In this document: positions 45,051-60,027 of the stretch, one piece after another | Numbering within the stretch: position 1 is the stretch's first letter | Layout: the number at the start of each line of letters is the position of its first letter | Assembly: GCA_951406725.2 (NCBI GenBank) | Contig: OX597827.1 | Location: 44,020,001 to 44,084,000 of the forward strand | Length of the DNA stretch: 64,000 nucleotides | Reading direction: 5' to 3' | From: Octopus vulgaris | Lineage: Eukaryota | Notes under the pieces: generated by a model | Seen by the model: only the letters and a program-made list of their open reading frames with translations | Databases searched by the model: none | Told to the model about the DNA's origin: nothing | Program-made: the position numbers and the translations under genes

Positions 45051-45466
45051 GTACATCCATACATACATACGTACATACGTACGTACAAGCACGTGCACGA
45101 ATTCTTCAGTGTACTTTAAAGGTAGTACACAATATTGAATGTAGAGTTATGAGGTGGACTGGAAGCTGGAAACTTCGAAAGCCATTAAAAATTCATGACC
45201 ACTTGTGAAGCTTTCAACCGCCAATAAAACCTGCGTGTCAGTGCAATGGGGTGTTTGTGTCTGTGTTTGTACGTGTGTGTGTGTGTGTGTGTAAAGAAGC
45301 ACCGTCTCGTCTTTGCTTCGGCCTTTGGTTTATGATCGAAAAATTGTAGATTCGATTCCTACCCTCGTTACTCCGGTTTATTCAGCTGTAATAAGTACCA
45401 TCTCAGAGCTGGTTCGACCATCCTTCCCTCTCTCCAGCTGTCACACCTAAGATCCTATATTTTGTT

Positions 45467-45555
45467 AACACTGATGAGGTTAGTGTATAATATTATATAT
45501 TTCAACATACTATTATAAAATCCTGGCAGTTAATTTGCCGAAACGTGTGTCTGTT
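45467..45555 (+). ncRNA. Type-I minimal hammerhead ribozyme, canonical core
   Basis: AACA-CTGATGA-GG..58 nt..CC-GAAAC-GTGT-GTC-TGTT; 4-bp stem I, GUC triplet. Confidence 0.8.
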
Positions 45556-45811
45556 TTATAAAGCATAAACTATCATATATATTTTCTGTAGTCTATTAAT
45601 ATATATACATGTATATATCTTTAAATTTGTTTACAGGAAACGTTTTGAATATGCAAATAAAGTTCCTGTTCCCTTATGACGGCCAGTCTAATTAATGGTG
45701 CTGACTGGTGAACCGGTGTTTGGGGTTGCATCGAGCTGTACTGGTATAATGTAGGAGGAATATAGTAATAACAACAATAATCCTCGGATGGAATTTATAA
45801 GCATTTAATGC

Positions 45812-45945
45812 ATCGCTACGCGCGTTTCCACAAATCTCATGTCTCTTAAAATCACAGTCCGTATTCCTAGGATCATTACAGTGTAGTGCGTAGAATCCGT
45901 GGGCATCCAGTAGTTCATCTTCGTGGATTCATTTCTACAGACGAT
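45812..45945 (-). ncRNA. Decayed hammerhead motif (altered core)
   Basis: Minus: ATCGT-CTG(TAGAA)ATGA-ATCCAC...GTG-GAAAC-GCGC-GTA-GCGAT; stem I and palindromic loop 3 retained. Confidence 0.45.
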
Positions 45946-46149
45946 ATAGCATTACTGGATGTTCAATGGATAATCCGAATATTGAGAAATTCTCCAAAAC
46001 TGACATGCCATAAAGGAAAAGGACATGCTTGGCTCAGTAGTCTTCGTCAGCAATATAAATAGCCGATCTTGTCTCCTGTATCTAAAATACTTACACATAT
46101 TGAACACGAAGGAAACGGTTATGGTCTTGGTTGTGCGTATTGTTCTATT

Positions 46150-46404
46150 CTTTTATTCTTTTACACTTTTCAGTCATTTTACTGCGGCCATGCTAGAGCA
46201 TCGCCTTAAAGGGATTTTTAGTCGGACAAATCGACTCCCAGGACTTCTTCTTCTTTGTAAGCCTAGTACTTATTCTATCGGCCTCTTTTGCCGAACCGCT
46301 AAGTTGCCGGTACATAAACACACCAACATTGGTTGTCAAGCGATGGTGGCGGGGTAAAGCCACAGATACAAAGACACACACACACATACACACACACACA
46401 CACA

Positions 46405-46440
<36 letters not shown>

Positions 46441-46584
46441 ATATATACATATATATTCGCTATGTCGAACCGCTGAAATCGACAAGTTTTATTCATTTTT
46501 CTTGAGCGTGAAACTAATACATTTACTTGTGGTTCATACACCTGTATTCGTTTTCTTGTTTCCTATAAATTTCAACTATATATA

Positions 46585-46617
<33 letters not shown>

Positions 46618-46781
46618 ATACACACGACGTGTTTCTTTCAGTTTCCGTCTACCAAATCCACTCACAAGCATTGGTCGGCCTGAGGCTATACTAAAAGACA
46701 CTTGACCAAGGTGCCATGCAGTAAGACTGAACCCGAAACCATATGGTTGGGAAGCACGCTTCTTACCACACAACCGCACCT
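46150..46781 (-). mobile_element. SINE family 1 with nested decayed family-B element (~46455-46578, +)
   Basis: SINE halves flank ttcttgagcgtgaaactaataca..cacctgtattcg tail. Confidence 0.8.
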
Positions 46782-47793
46782 GTAAATGCGTACGTATATG
46801 TGTGAGCATGCTTATGTGCGTGAATGTATGTGGTTAGGGTCTGTAGTTAAGTTCTTCACTTCGCAACTACTTGGCTCTAGCTTCAGTTTCAATGCATGGC
46901 ACCTTAGGCAAGTATCTTCTTTAATAGCTCCAGGCCGAAGAATACGGACATCTATATTAGCGTGTGTATGGTGGTGGTGGGGGGTTAGTGATCTCGTTCG
47001 AATTTTTATATATCGCAAGATGCATTTTAGTCTTTCACCATTGTCAAGTATTGTATTTCTGCTCGACAGAGAGAAGTAATTTGTCACTAATTTTGAACAT
47101 ATTTAAGCGAATTTGAAAGATTATTTTACTCTTTGATCATTCACTCGACGCCAAAAAACTCAAGTAATAACTGACATCTTTCTTTCCACAGACATTAAGA
47201 AAATCTAGAACACAGAACACAGAACAGAATTTGCTCTCTCAAATCCCGATACACCTTAACCTGAATGAGATATCAATCAGCGATCTCTACTTCGAATAAA
47301 TTTAAAATACGTGCTTCTGTTATCTTCTTCTTCTTCTACGTACGACACTCAAACGAAACTTTAACAAGAAAATCATTCAATTTAAGCTAATATCTACACC
47401 AACAAGTTATTATTGTTCTGTTAATACGGCTATATCTAGTCTCGCAACAAGACAAGATATATACAAATATAGCACAAAAAACTTTCAATTTTTTTCTAGT
47501 CTAACTATATCAATCTTGTTTGTTTTTGCTTCTTTTTCTTTTCCTACAACTCAAATTACCCAATAATTTTTCTAAAACACTTCTATATATTTACATAATA
47601 TATTTATGCACACTTTGCTTCCATTGATGTTGCAAATTAAAACCTGTTATCTTCTATGCTTCAATAACTGTCCTATTTCAAAGGTGTATTTACAAACCAA
47701 GCGCTCTTATCTAGCTGTTGCTGAATTAGCGTACAAATAAAACCGTTTCAGATCTGTTTTCTTTTGGTATGTGAAAAATAAAGGATAATTGCA

Positions 47794-47867
<74 letters not shown>

Positions 47868-48355
47868 CACACGCGTATAAATTCATACATATATATATAT
47901 ATACAAAAATATACATATATATATACAAACATATATATATATATATATATGTATACTTATATATATATACATACATGCATACATATATATACATGCATAT
48001 ATTTATAGAAACATACATACATATATAGATATACACATGCATGCAGATATATATATATACATACATACAAACATGCATATATATATATATATATATATGA
48101 ATGAAGGGATTCAGTAACTCAAACGTATCTCACATAGCTAACAAGAATGACCATTGTAAAGGGTTAGGGTAAACCTTAGCGGCGTCACGAAAACCTGGGA
48201 GGTACAATAGTTGAGAATATATATATATAAGTAGATCAGATAAGAGAAGCGATATAATATGTGTATGTGTGCGTATACACATACATACACACACATTTAT
48301 ATATATATATATATATCCATGTATTCATATACATATATATGTGTATGTATGTGAA

Positions 48356-48413
<58 letters not shown>

Positions 48414-48427
48414 TATATATATATACG

Positions 48428-48532
<105 letters not shown>

Positions 48533-49522
48533 ATAGTTTACTGTTCCATCAACATGTGGTGAGAGATAAATATTATTTAATAAACACTATTTAGTAGCTC
48601 ATAAAAATATTTATTGTGTTTATTGAATAATATATATATATATATATTAAATTAAAGATTGTGGTTTCTGAATTCCTTAATTTTCTACACACACCCCATT
48701 ATGCACCCCCCACCCACACATACATTTACACATATGCATATATCCACACACGTACACACAAAAACACCTACACATACACAGACATATGGTCGATCACCGT
48801 CGCTCGACGACGAGAATTCAATTCTTTGATCATTTGATCAACTGAATTATCTAAATTAACGTGTTGCTGACTTAGCTTTCTACAGATATATGCACTCTTA
48901 ATGTAATTTTCATGTAGAATCTCTACCTTAAGGACCACAGGTACCTCCATCCGAACTGTTTTTATCCAGAAAAATCTATGCCGATCTTCATTTAAATTTA
49001 GCCCCTGAGTCTTCTGTGTTTACATTTTCACTAAGCCAACCAGTTTGCAGAAACGCAGCGTGACCCAGCAATATCCTTTATCTTTTAGTTCTTTCAATCA
49101 TTAGACTGTGGCCATGCTGCTGCACCGCCTTGAAGGATTCTTAGCCGAATGACTCGTCACCTGTATTTATTTCCTTTTCAAGCCTAATATTTATTCTTAC
49201 GGTGTCTTTTCCTGGAATTCTGATTTACGAAGACGTAAACACACTAACACCGGTTGTCAAGCGGTGGTGGCAAACAAACACAAAGACAAAGACACACGCA
49301 TATGTGTGTGTGTATCTGCTAGCTAGGAAACATATCTAGCCTGGATTTTTCCTGCTCCATTCCCTTGATTTGGATAGATATATATGTATATATAAATCAA
49401 TTTATATGTATATATAAATCAATTCCATCAAAGGGATATAAAACATCCAATTTGCTGGGATTGTGTATATGAATATAAGGGTGTGTATATGAATATATGT
49501 GGTTTTTAAGGAATTGTTATGT

Positions 49523-49750
49523 TACTCTATTTTACTTGGTTCAGTCATTTGACTGTGACCATGCTGGAGCACCGCCTTTAGTCGAGCAAATCGACCCCCA
49601 GGACTTATTCTTTGTAAGCCTAGTACTTATTCTATCGGTCTCTTATGCCGAACCGCTAAGTTACGGGGACGTAAACGCACCGGCATCGGTTGTCAAGCGA
49701 TGTTGGGGAGGGGACAAACACAGACACACAAACATATACACACACATCCA

Positions 49751-49789
<39 letters not shown>

Positions 49790-49912
49790 ACGACAGGCTT
49801 CTTTCAGTTTCCGTCTACTCACAAGGCTTTGGTCGGCCCGAGGTTATAGTAGAAGACACTTGCACAAGATGCCAAGCAGTGGGACTGAACCTGGAACCAT
49901 GTGGTTCGTAAA
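49523..49912 (-). mobile_element. SINE family 1 (another 3' half at ~49076-49290)
   Basis: Homology to 13707-14155. Confidence 0.85.
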
Positions 49913-50815
49913 TAAATTTTTAGCTTGTCAATTGCATTTCTCTACTAGACTACTCGTGACCCGTTGGGTCATCGGGAAACTCTGAGTTTCCAGTAACGGA
50001 AATTTGCTTAGTTGTTTTTTTTCTTTTCCAGGTTATTTCGTATGCTTTCAACGAATGTGACATCGGAATCACGTCTAAACGGCCCCTTTTCCCAGCAAAG
50101 GAAATATGTGGCTGCTATTTCTTGCACGCCCTACTCCCAGGTAGCAGGTATTTCGGGTCCTTTATCGCAAATAGCTGTTAGGTGATAGAAGTGTGTGCTA
50201 GAAATAGCAGCTAAATCTTTGGAGGTGAGATACGTTGAATACACTTGAAAAAACTATGGAAAGAAAACTATTTCACACTGAGGTTACGAACGGGTCTTTC
50301 ACGAAATATTTACCGTATTTTTAAAGTCATTTTCACTTTAGAATATTTTTTAGATATGCCAAAAGAATTTTGTAATTGTATTTCTACATGATTAAAATAT
50401 TATGTTTAACAAAAGCGAAAATAGAAACATTTACTGTAAAACAAAATATATTTTTTCGTTGTCAGTTCACCATGTTAATTATTAACTGGGCATATCTTCT
50501 TAAACAAATTTCTTTGGAGGTGAGATACGTTGAATACACTTGAAAAAACTATGGAAAAAAAACTAGTTTCTTCCTTTCAGGATGAAGATTATTTTCGGAG
50601 CATTTTCTCATTATGCGCCGTTTTGGGTATACCCCGAAAACCTCTATCTCGAAAACTACTTTACCGATTTAAGCGAAACTTGTTTCATTCCGTTCGTATT
50701 AACATTTCAAGGTAAACTTAATTCGTAGTATTTTCCCATTATGCGCCAGTTTGGCAAGCAAAATTCAAACTGACTTTAAATTGTATACAGATTTCATTTA
50801 ATATATGTTTGTATG

Positions 50816-50864
<49 letters not shown>

Positions 50865-51021
50865 GAAGGGAGGGACGTCACTAAAGCAACTAAGGGTAGT
50901 AGTTAGCACCAGTATTGCTAGAAATAAGAGTCAAAACAACTCTTAGCTACGAGAAAGCACTTGTCTTAGTGACGTCTATAGTTCTGCCTTTCGGTTTTAA
51001 ATTGCGAATAAGCCAGCTCTC

Positions 51022-51111
<90 letters not shown>

Positions 51112-51114
51112 CGT

Positions 51115-51268
51115 AGGCTTCTTTCAGTTATCGCTTACCAAATTCACTCACACGGTTTTGTTCGGCCAGAGGCTATAGTAGAAGAGATTTGGCCAATGTA
51201 CCACGCAGTGGGACTGAACTCGTAACTCTGAAGTTGGTAAGCAAGCTTCTTACCACACAACCATGCCT
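51115..51268 (-). mobile_element. SINE family 1, 5' half
   Basis: Homology to other copies. Confidence 0.75.
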
Positions 51269-51829
51269 TGTGCCTACGTTTGTTTGATAAATCTTTGCCT
51301 GTAACTATGGGAAACAGTGACAAAATTAAATCAAAGGAATACCGCTGTGTTTGATTAGGACTTAATGTGTGGAGAAGAGATTTGATACTATTGTGTACAG
51401 GGACACCCCCCTACACACACACGCACTCTAAGAGCCTCACAAACACACATGTATATTCATGCATACATGGATACACATACACAAACATACTTACACATAC
51501 GGGCACACATTGACACAAATGCCCGCGCGCACACACAAACACACACACATATATATATATATATACATATGCATGTCTGTATGAATGTATGTATGATTAT
51601 ATTTAATAATTATTGTCGAGGTAATTAATTATTAATGTCCATATCACTTCATCTATTTTCTTTTATAACCTGTATTTCAATATATATATCTATACGTGTA
51701 TGCAATTAAATATTCATGATTTTTAAATGATTCTGTCTCATCTGTCCATCGTCCCTCTCCTCATTTTCTTCCTCTCTATATCTCTCTCTCTCTGAATATG
51801 TGTGAGTGGTCGGTGTGTGTGTATATACC

Positions 51830-51889
<60 letters not shown>

Positions 51890-51930
51890 GCATATAAATA
51901 TATATATGTTTCTGTGTGTATGTGTATCAT

Positions 51931-52267
51931 AGGCGTGGCTGTGTGGTAAGAAGCTTGCTTCCCAACCACGTGGACACGGGTTCAGTCCCACTGCGTGGGA
52001 CTGAACTCGTAATTCTATGCCATCAGGTCTACCGAAGCCTTGTGAATGGTTTTGGTAGACGGAGGCTGAAAGGATTTTGTCGTGTCGTACATATGTATAT
52101 GTGTGTGTGTGTGTCTATGTGTGTGTGTCTATGTGTGCGTGTCTGCGTCTGTGTTTATCCCCCATCAGCGTTTGACAACTTAGCGGTTAAGTACAATACT
52201 TAAAAAAGTAATAAGTTCTGGCATTGATGGTGCTCCAGCATGGCCGCAGTCAAATGGCTGAAACAAA
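51931..52267 (+). mobile_element. SINE family 1, internally deleted
   Basis: Homology to other copies. Confidence 0.75.
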
Positions 52268-52271
52268 CAAT

Positions 52272-52340
<69 letters not shown>

Positions 52341-52397
52341 GTGAGTGTGTTTATATATATATTAATATATAATATATATACATATAACATATACATA

Positions 52398-52448
<51 letters not shown>

Positions 52449-53362
52449 AAGCTATACACCCCGAAAGTTTTTGCTCTTATCTTAAATAACAGTAATTCGC
52501 GGACTAAATTCTTTCTAAGCTTTTCTCCTGAAGATGTTTCATCAAAAATGTAAACATCTTTTATCTTTTACCTGTTTCTGTCATTAGACAGCAGCCATGA
52601 TGAATCAACACCTAGAATTGGTTAGACGAAGAAATAGTTTCCAGGGCTTTTCGCTAAGTCTGGTTGTTATTCTAACAGCCTTCCTGCGGACCCGTAAACT
52701 ATGAGGATATAAACACGCAAACACTGAGTGTCTAGAAGTGATGAATAGACAAACACAAAAGAAAGACATTCACACGTAAAACATACTCTCACACACACAC
52801 ACACGTGTATGTATATATAAAAATATGTATCTGTATATGAATACACATACACGCGTATGTGTGTTTATGTGTGTGTGTGTGTATAAGGTAATTTTTATAC
52901 AGAAATCAACATGGTCGTCTTGTTAAAACTAACGAATACTGTGTTATTATCCTTGGGAGACCCTCTTATATATGCGCTTGGTGCATAAAAGCACACATGT
53001 AGATCGTAGAAGACAAAATTCGTCTCCCACGGATACCGGCATTCGCATTTCACGTGATTTCAGTCTATCGGACATAATCAGTGGAAGGCACTGGTAATCG
53101 CATGATAGGCAAATCTTGCTGATAAGTTATATAAAATTTCAGCATTGTTTCAGATACTGATGTCGCAAATAGCCAGCGGTCTTATTACAAATTAATTATT
53201 AGCGATGGAAGCCGTATTAACAAAGAAAAGGTAATCATTATATATTCAATTTAACGTGGATGCCTTGCGTTATTAGCCGAATATTGCGTTATTAACATTG
53301 AGAGGTGTGCGTAATGAGCACACACATTCACGTAGCTGACGAAATTCATCTGCCATGGGCAC

Positions 53363-53812
53363 TGATGTTGATGATGATGATGACGACGACGACGACAACG
53401 ATGACGTCGCGATGATGATGGCGATGACAATGACAATAATGATGATGATGAAGACGACAACGACGACGATGATGTTGACGATGATGGTGACGATGATGAT
53501 GATGATAATGATAATGGTGATGACGACGACAACGACGATGATGACGATAATGATGATGACGACGACGACGATGAGGATGACGATGACAATGACAATGACG
53601 ATGATGATGAGAATGACGATGACGATGATGATAATAATGATCATGATCATGAGGACAACAGCGACGACGACGACGACAATGACGATGATGATGGTGACGG
53701 CAACGACGACGAGGAGGATGACAATGACAATGACGATGATGATGAGAATGATCATGATCATGAGGACGACAGCGACGACGACGACGACGATGACGATGAT
53801 GATGACAATGAC

Positions 53813-53844
<32 letters not shown>

Positions 53845-54122
53845 CGACGACAACGATGACGATGACAATGACGATTATGATGATAATGACTACTACGATG
53901 ACGATGACAATGACGATGATGATGACGACGACGACGATGACGATGACAATGACAATGACGATGATGATGATGATGATGATGATGACGACGACGACGACCA
54001 CAACGACGATGACGATGACAATGACGATGATGATGATAATAACGACGACAACGACGACGATGAGGTTGACGATGACAATGACGATGATGACGACGACGAT
54101 GATGATCATTATAATGATGACA
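53363..54122. repeat. Compound (GAT/GAC/AAT)n trinucleotide tract
   Basis: Seen directly. Confidence 0.95.
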
Positions 54123-54512
54123 GTAGCTACTTTCGCATCATATCCACGTGCTGGTGGCCAGAAATTTGAACATGGCAATTTTCAGTCGATTTCTCTGTAG
54201 TTGTTGAACTAAAAAAAAAAAAAGATGTCTCGTGTAAAAGATCTGAGAACAGGTCTGCGCCTTTTGCTTCGACAACTTCTTCCACGAAATCCGGAAAATA
54301 TTCACTGCATCCAAATCTCGAGTTACAAGAGAGAGACCATGTTCAGGAAGTAGCTACAGGCACCAAATATACATAATACAAAACTTTATCTTGTTATTTA
54401 GTCTGTGTCATTGTAGTGCAGAGTATGTGGACACATATACACACATACATACATACATACTTACATACATACATACATACATATATACATACATACATAT
54501 ACACACATACAT

Positions 54513-54547
<35 letters not shown>

Positions 54548-54619
54548 CATATATATATACATATATATATGCATATATCTATATATATATGTGCATATAT
54601 ACATATGCATATATATGGA

Positions 54620-54652
<33 letters not shown>

Positions 54653-54705
54653 TTATATATATATATGTGTATATATATATATATATGCATATATACATAT
54701 ATATA

Positions 54706-54755
<50 letters not shown>

Positions 54756-54783
54756 CATGCATACATGCATATATATATATATT

Positions 54784-54816
<33 letters not shown>

Positions 54817-55283
54817 TATACACACGTGTATATATGTATATGTACATATTCACACATATGTATATGCATATATATATATATATATATACATATGTAGGTA
54901 TATATGTATGTGTATATGTACATACACACACACACACTCACACACACATATATGTATATATAAACATGTCTATAATTTCTGTACGTATATGCGTATGTGT
55001 GCATGCATACATGGGTGTGTGTCTGTCTGTCTGTCTGTTGATTTGCTTTCAACGTATTGTCCTTGTGACTGGGTTACACCCACAGACACAGGTGCGTGGA
55101 CATTCACAAACACATACACATATACACACATACACACACGCACAGACGCGCGCGTGCATACGCTTATCCTGTATACGTCAAAGCGTCGTTGAACCTCTCT
55201 CAATATGCAAACACTCAAACACAGGTTCACACAGCCATGTATATGTGTGTCTGTGAGTATGTGTGTGTATGTATGTATGTATG

Positions 55284-55335
<52 letters not shown>

Positions 55336-55339
55336 GTAT

Positions 55340-55415
<76 letters not shown>

Positions 55416-55633
55416 ATATGTATGTATGTATGTAAGTAGGCATGTGTATATATGTGTCTGTTAGTATGTGTGTGCGTATGCATGTAAGTAGGTATGTGTA
55501 TATGTGTGTCTGTGAGTATGTATGTGTAGAAACGTATAGATGTCTGTATATACATATATATGTATCTATGCACATATATATATATATACTTACAAACATA
55601 CATACACGTATACATTCTACTATACACCCCCCC

Positions 55634-55702
<69 letters not shown>

Positions 55703-55824
55703 GCATACTCATTTTGTGTCCATTACACGCATGAACACTCCAGACACTGCCATAAACCCACACACACACATTTTGAAACCCATGCATATATATTCGTAAT
55801 ATGATATATGTTTATGCGTATATT

Positions 55825-55886
<62 letters not shown>

Positions 55887-56001
55887 TGTGCGTGTAACTC
55901 TGCAATCTGTTTATGTCAATGTATATACTGATATACAAGCCCAAAGCAAATACACCACACATACACACAGAAGCGTAACTATAAATATGAAGATGTGTGC
56001 T

Positions 56002-56056
<55 letters not shown>

Positions 56057-56154
56057 GTGATTGGATGGTCGTGGTGATAGTGGACTGGTGCGGTGATTTG
56101 GTGAAGACGAGTGAACAGATATAGTCAGAAGCGACACCTACTGGGTCTGACTAC

Positions 56155-56197
56155 GCTGCATTGACAAAGGGCAAATACCCTGAAACGCGTCTGTAGC
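56155..56197 (+). ncRNA. Minimal hammerhead with U3:A8 variant core
   Basis: GCTGCA-TTGACAA-AGGG-CAAATA-CCCT-GAAAC-GC-GTC-TGTAGC; 6-bp stem I, 4-bp stem II. Confidence 0.7.
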
Positions 56198-56357
56198 TGT
56201 CGGTCAAGTAGTGTGGAGCGACTGACCTCCCTTGTTGGAAGGTTATATGGATACAGTTTGTGTATCGAATAGCTAACTTAAGGCGATAGCCTCATGGAGC
56301 TAAGCGGACAGCTTTTTTCTTATTTTTATAAGAATGCCATATTAGTATGGCGATAAC

Positions 56358-56394
<37 letters not shown>

Positions 56395-56859
56395 CGACGG
56401 GCTTCTTTCAGTTTCCGTCTACCAAACCACTCACATGGCTTAATCGTTCCGAAGCTATACATATATATATACAAAAAAATCAATAAAAGCGCCTCTTTCT
56501 GGTCTCTCGTTTTATTGGAAATAATAGCCAAACCTCACTCAAATCACACCACATGCTTTCAAAACTAAAGTAAATGGCATGCTGGTTAAATCACGCTGGG
56601 TTTCATTCACGCCAAGTTAAATGAAGGTTGGTTATGGCTGCAGAATTTTTGAACATAGGTACTCTTGCTCAGAGCTGATCCAAAGGTAAGCATCATCACA
56701 CATACACACGCAACACACACTTGCATACACACACGCGCACACACACATATATATGTTGATATATATGTTATTGTATATATATATGATACATAAATAATAA
56801 TAAAATAACATATGATGTATATATAATTTATATAGGAATTTTTTGCGTAATGAAATAAG

Positions 56860-57011
56860 AAAAACCCAACTGTCCGACGAACGGGAACGTGAAACTTCGA
56901 GTAACAGCTTTTGTTAAATTTCTGCTGCTTTTAAATAAAGCATATTAGACTACCTCTGGTATTTGAGTACTCTTTTTTCCACCTTGTTTCACATTTATGT
57001 GTTTACTCCGG

Positions 57012-57012
<1 letters not shown>
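56860..57012 (+). mobile_element. HHR mini-element family A (HHR 56870-56907)
   Basis: CTGT-CCGACGA-ACG-GGAA-CGT-GAAAC-TTCGA-GTA-ACAG; tail nearly identical to 30185-30288; ends in (TA)n. Confidence 0.75.
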
Positions 57013-57064
<52 letters not shown>

Positions 57065-57283
57065 ACAATTGAGGGTAAAATTAATTAGTTATTAATCAAT
57101 TTCATCAAGTATTCAGTATGTAAAAGGACCATTTAAGGCGAATTCAAAATATTACATTATATAATTAGGGCTTAGTAAAATAAATTACTTTGCCACATAC
57201 TGAACTTGCTAGAAATAGCAGCCCAAAAAGTTTTTTTGCCATTTCCACTACTTAAAGAAAATTTCTCTCAGATAATGTTTAAA

Positions 57284-57366
<83 letters not shown>

Positions 57367-57554
57367 CATATATATATACACATATATTTATATACAAATA
57401 TTTGTATTTATACACAATATATATACATACATAGTTATCCATGTATATGTGTTTACGCATGCGTGCGTAAATATAAGTGTGTGTATCTATGCATATATGT
57501 ATTGAGTGTGCATCTAAATATGCATTCATGTATATATCTATGCATTTACCTATC

Positions 57555-57629
<75 letters not shown>

Positions 57630-57948
57630 ATGCATTTAATTGTGTGGGATCAGTCCATCGAAGCGATCACCAATCATTGGACTTTGTGTGTAATGAAAGC
57701 AATGCAGCTATTGTTATGTGTTCCGTGCATTTGTTTGATAGCTGTTGGCATGTCGTTACATGTCTGCCTTATACATCTTTCAGTGTGGGTTGTTTAATGT
57801 CAGCCTCGCTTGCTATTCACTTGTTCACTTGTTACATTTCGCTTGGTATTTCTTGCCCAGCAAATGCTCATTGATGTAAGCACGTCCAAACAAATAAAGA
57901 TGTATGTGTGTGTATGTAGATAGATAGATAGATAGATAGATAGATATA

Positions 57949-57980
<32 letters not shown>

Positions 57981-58098
57981 GAGATAGATAGACACGTTGA
58001 TAGAAGTAGATGTATGTATATGTAAGTTAGCAGATATACGTGTGTACATTTATGCGTGTGTATATATATACATGTGTGTGTGTGTGTGTATGTGTGGA

Positions 58099-58355
58099 GG
58101 CGCAATGGCCCAGTGGTTAAGGCAACGGACTCGCGGTGGGAGGATCGCGGTTTTCATTCCCAGACCGGGCGTTGTGTGTGTTCATTGAGTGAAAACACCA
58201 CGAAGCTCCGGCAAGGGGTGATGGTGACCCCTGTCATACTCTTTCGCCCCAACTTTCCCTCACTCTCTCTTCATGTTTCCTGAGTAACGCTGCGATGGAC
58301 TGGCGTCCCGTCTGGCTATGGAGAACACATACGCCACAGAAAACGCGAACGTCCC
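58099..58355 (+). mobile_element. SINE family 3
   Basis: Homology to 23588 copy. Confidence 0.85.
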
Positions 58356-58359
58356 GTGG

Positions 58360-59120
58360 ATGGGTACTTCCTGGAAAGATGCGAGCATTTGGGCACTTTC
58401 TGGAAAGTTCAGACGATGGGACTTCCTACAGAGCTCCAAAGATATCATGGATTTGGTTCTTCCTGGAAAGTTCCGAGAATTTACTGGAAAGCACCCAGAA
58501 TGGGTACTTCCTGTTAAGTTCCGATTATTTCGTGGGAAGTTCCGAGGATTTGGGCATTCTCTGGAAAGTTCCGAGGATGTGAGTTCCCGGAAAGTTCCGA
58601 GCATGGGACATCCTTGGAAAATCCGAAGTTGTGTACTTCATGAAAACCTTCGAGAATTTTCGGCAAAGTTCCGAGGATTTGGGTACTTCCTGGAATGTTC
58701 CGAGGAAATATTACTTCCTGGGAGGAGGATGAATTACTTTCTGGGAAGTTCCGAGGGAAAATTACTTCCTCGCAAGTTCCGAGCGAAAATTACTTCCTGG
58801 AGAGTTCCGAGGAAACATTACTTCCTGGGAAGTTCCGAGGGACAATTACTTCCTGGAACGTTCCTGCGAGTAGGGATGAATTGCTTCCTGGAAAGTTCCG
58901 AGGATGGTGAGGAGCTGATTATTATTTCCTGGAAAATTCCTTGGAGTGTCTGAATTACTTTTGGAAAGTTCCGAAGATATGGATTAATTTGTTCCTGAAA
59001 AGTTCCGAGGAATGTGAGGAGTTGGATGAATTATTTCCTGGAATGTTCTAGGGAGAGGGGATGAATGAGTGTTATTATTTCCTGTAAAATATCCAGTGGT
59101 GGAGGAATTATTTCATGAAA
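58360..59120 (+). repeat. Minisatellite, core TTCCTGGAAAGTTCCGAGG, ~25 units, ~27-35 bp period
   Basis: Counted by eye. Confidence 0.9.
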
Positions 59121-59596
59121 CCGCACGTAAATATGGTGCTTGGGCTTGTGTTTCTAAGTTACATTGAAATACCTAATTGATACCTCACTGATTTTATAAC
59201 ATGGTCAGGCCTGACCAGAAGACTTCGTGACATTGGATTAAACCATATATTGGGAAATTAATATAATATGCAGAAGTTCTTTTAAAGGTGAGGAGCTCAG
59301 AAGTGAGTATCAGATAAGAGAATGATAAAAATGGCAATATATTAGGTATTTTAAAGGCTGATGTACGAAATGGAGTAAATATTGGCAAAGGGAAGAGATG
59401 AAAACCTCGCGGCTCATGATGCAACATCTCAAAAATAAAAAATTAAGGTATTATTTTTTACACTAATTTAAATATTTCCACGCTTAGGAAAAGTAGAATC
59501 TGCCGTTTCCGGGCAAAACACAATTATATATTGTTCGAAAAGAAACACGCTCGCACACATATATACACATACACAGCTATACGCTCACACACACAC

Positions 59597-59664
<68 letters not shown>

Positions 59665-59742
59665 TGACACACATATATAAATATATGTATGTATATATAC
59701 ATATATATTATATATGTATGTATATATATATGTATGTATATA

Positions 59743-59803
<61 letters not shown>

Positions 59804-59960
59804 ATTAAGGATAACTTCTTAATAAGGAATCTTAACAAGAAATTATCAGGTAGTTAGCGTGAAAAACCTCATAAGAGAAAAATTCGAAAATAATTTTTTC
59901 TTTTGAACATATTAATTTATATTGTATAGAGGCATTTATGTGTAATAATGCCCTCTATAT

Positions 59961-60027
<67 letters not shown>

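Noticed and set aside
49955-50000. CCGATGA and GAAACTCTGAGTTTC near family-A-like sequence
   Set aside because: Elements are in the wrong order to form a hammerhead; at most a scrambled remnant
53273-54200. 281-301 aa Met/Thr or Ile/Val ORFs
   Set aside because: Compound GAT/GAC repeat
57206-57221. GCTAGAAATAGCA identical to part of the Cas9 sgRNA scaffold (also 50197)
   Set aside because: Flanking GTTTTAGA and AGTTAAAATAAGG are absent; the motif recurs in diverged form as part of an endogenous repeat
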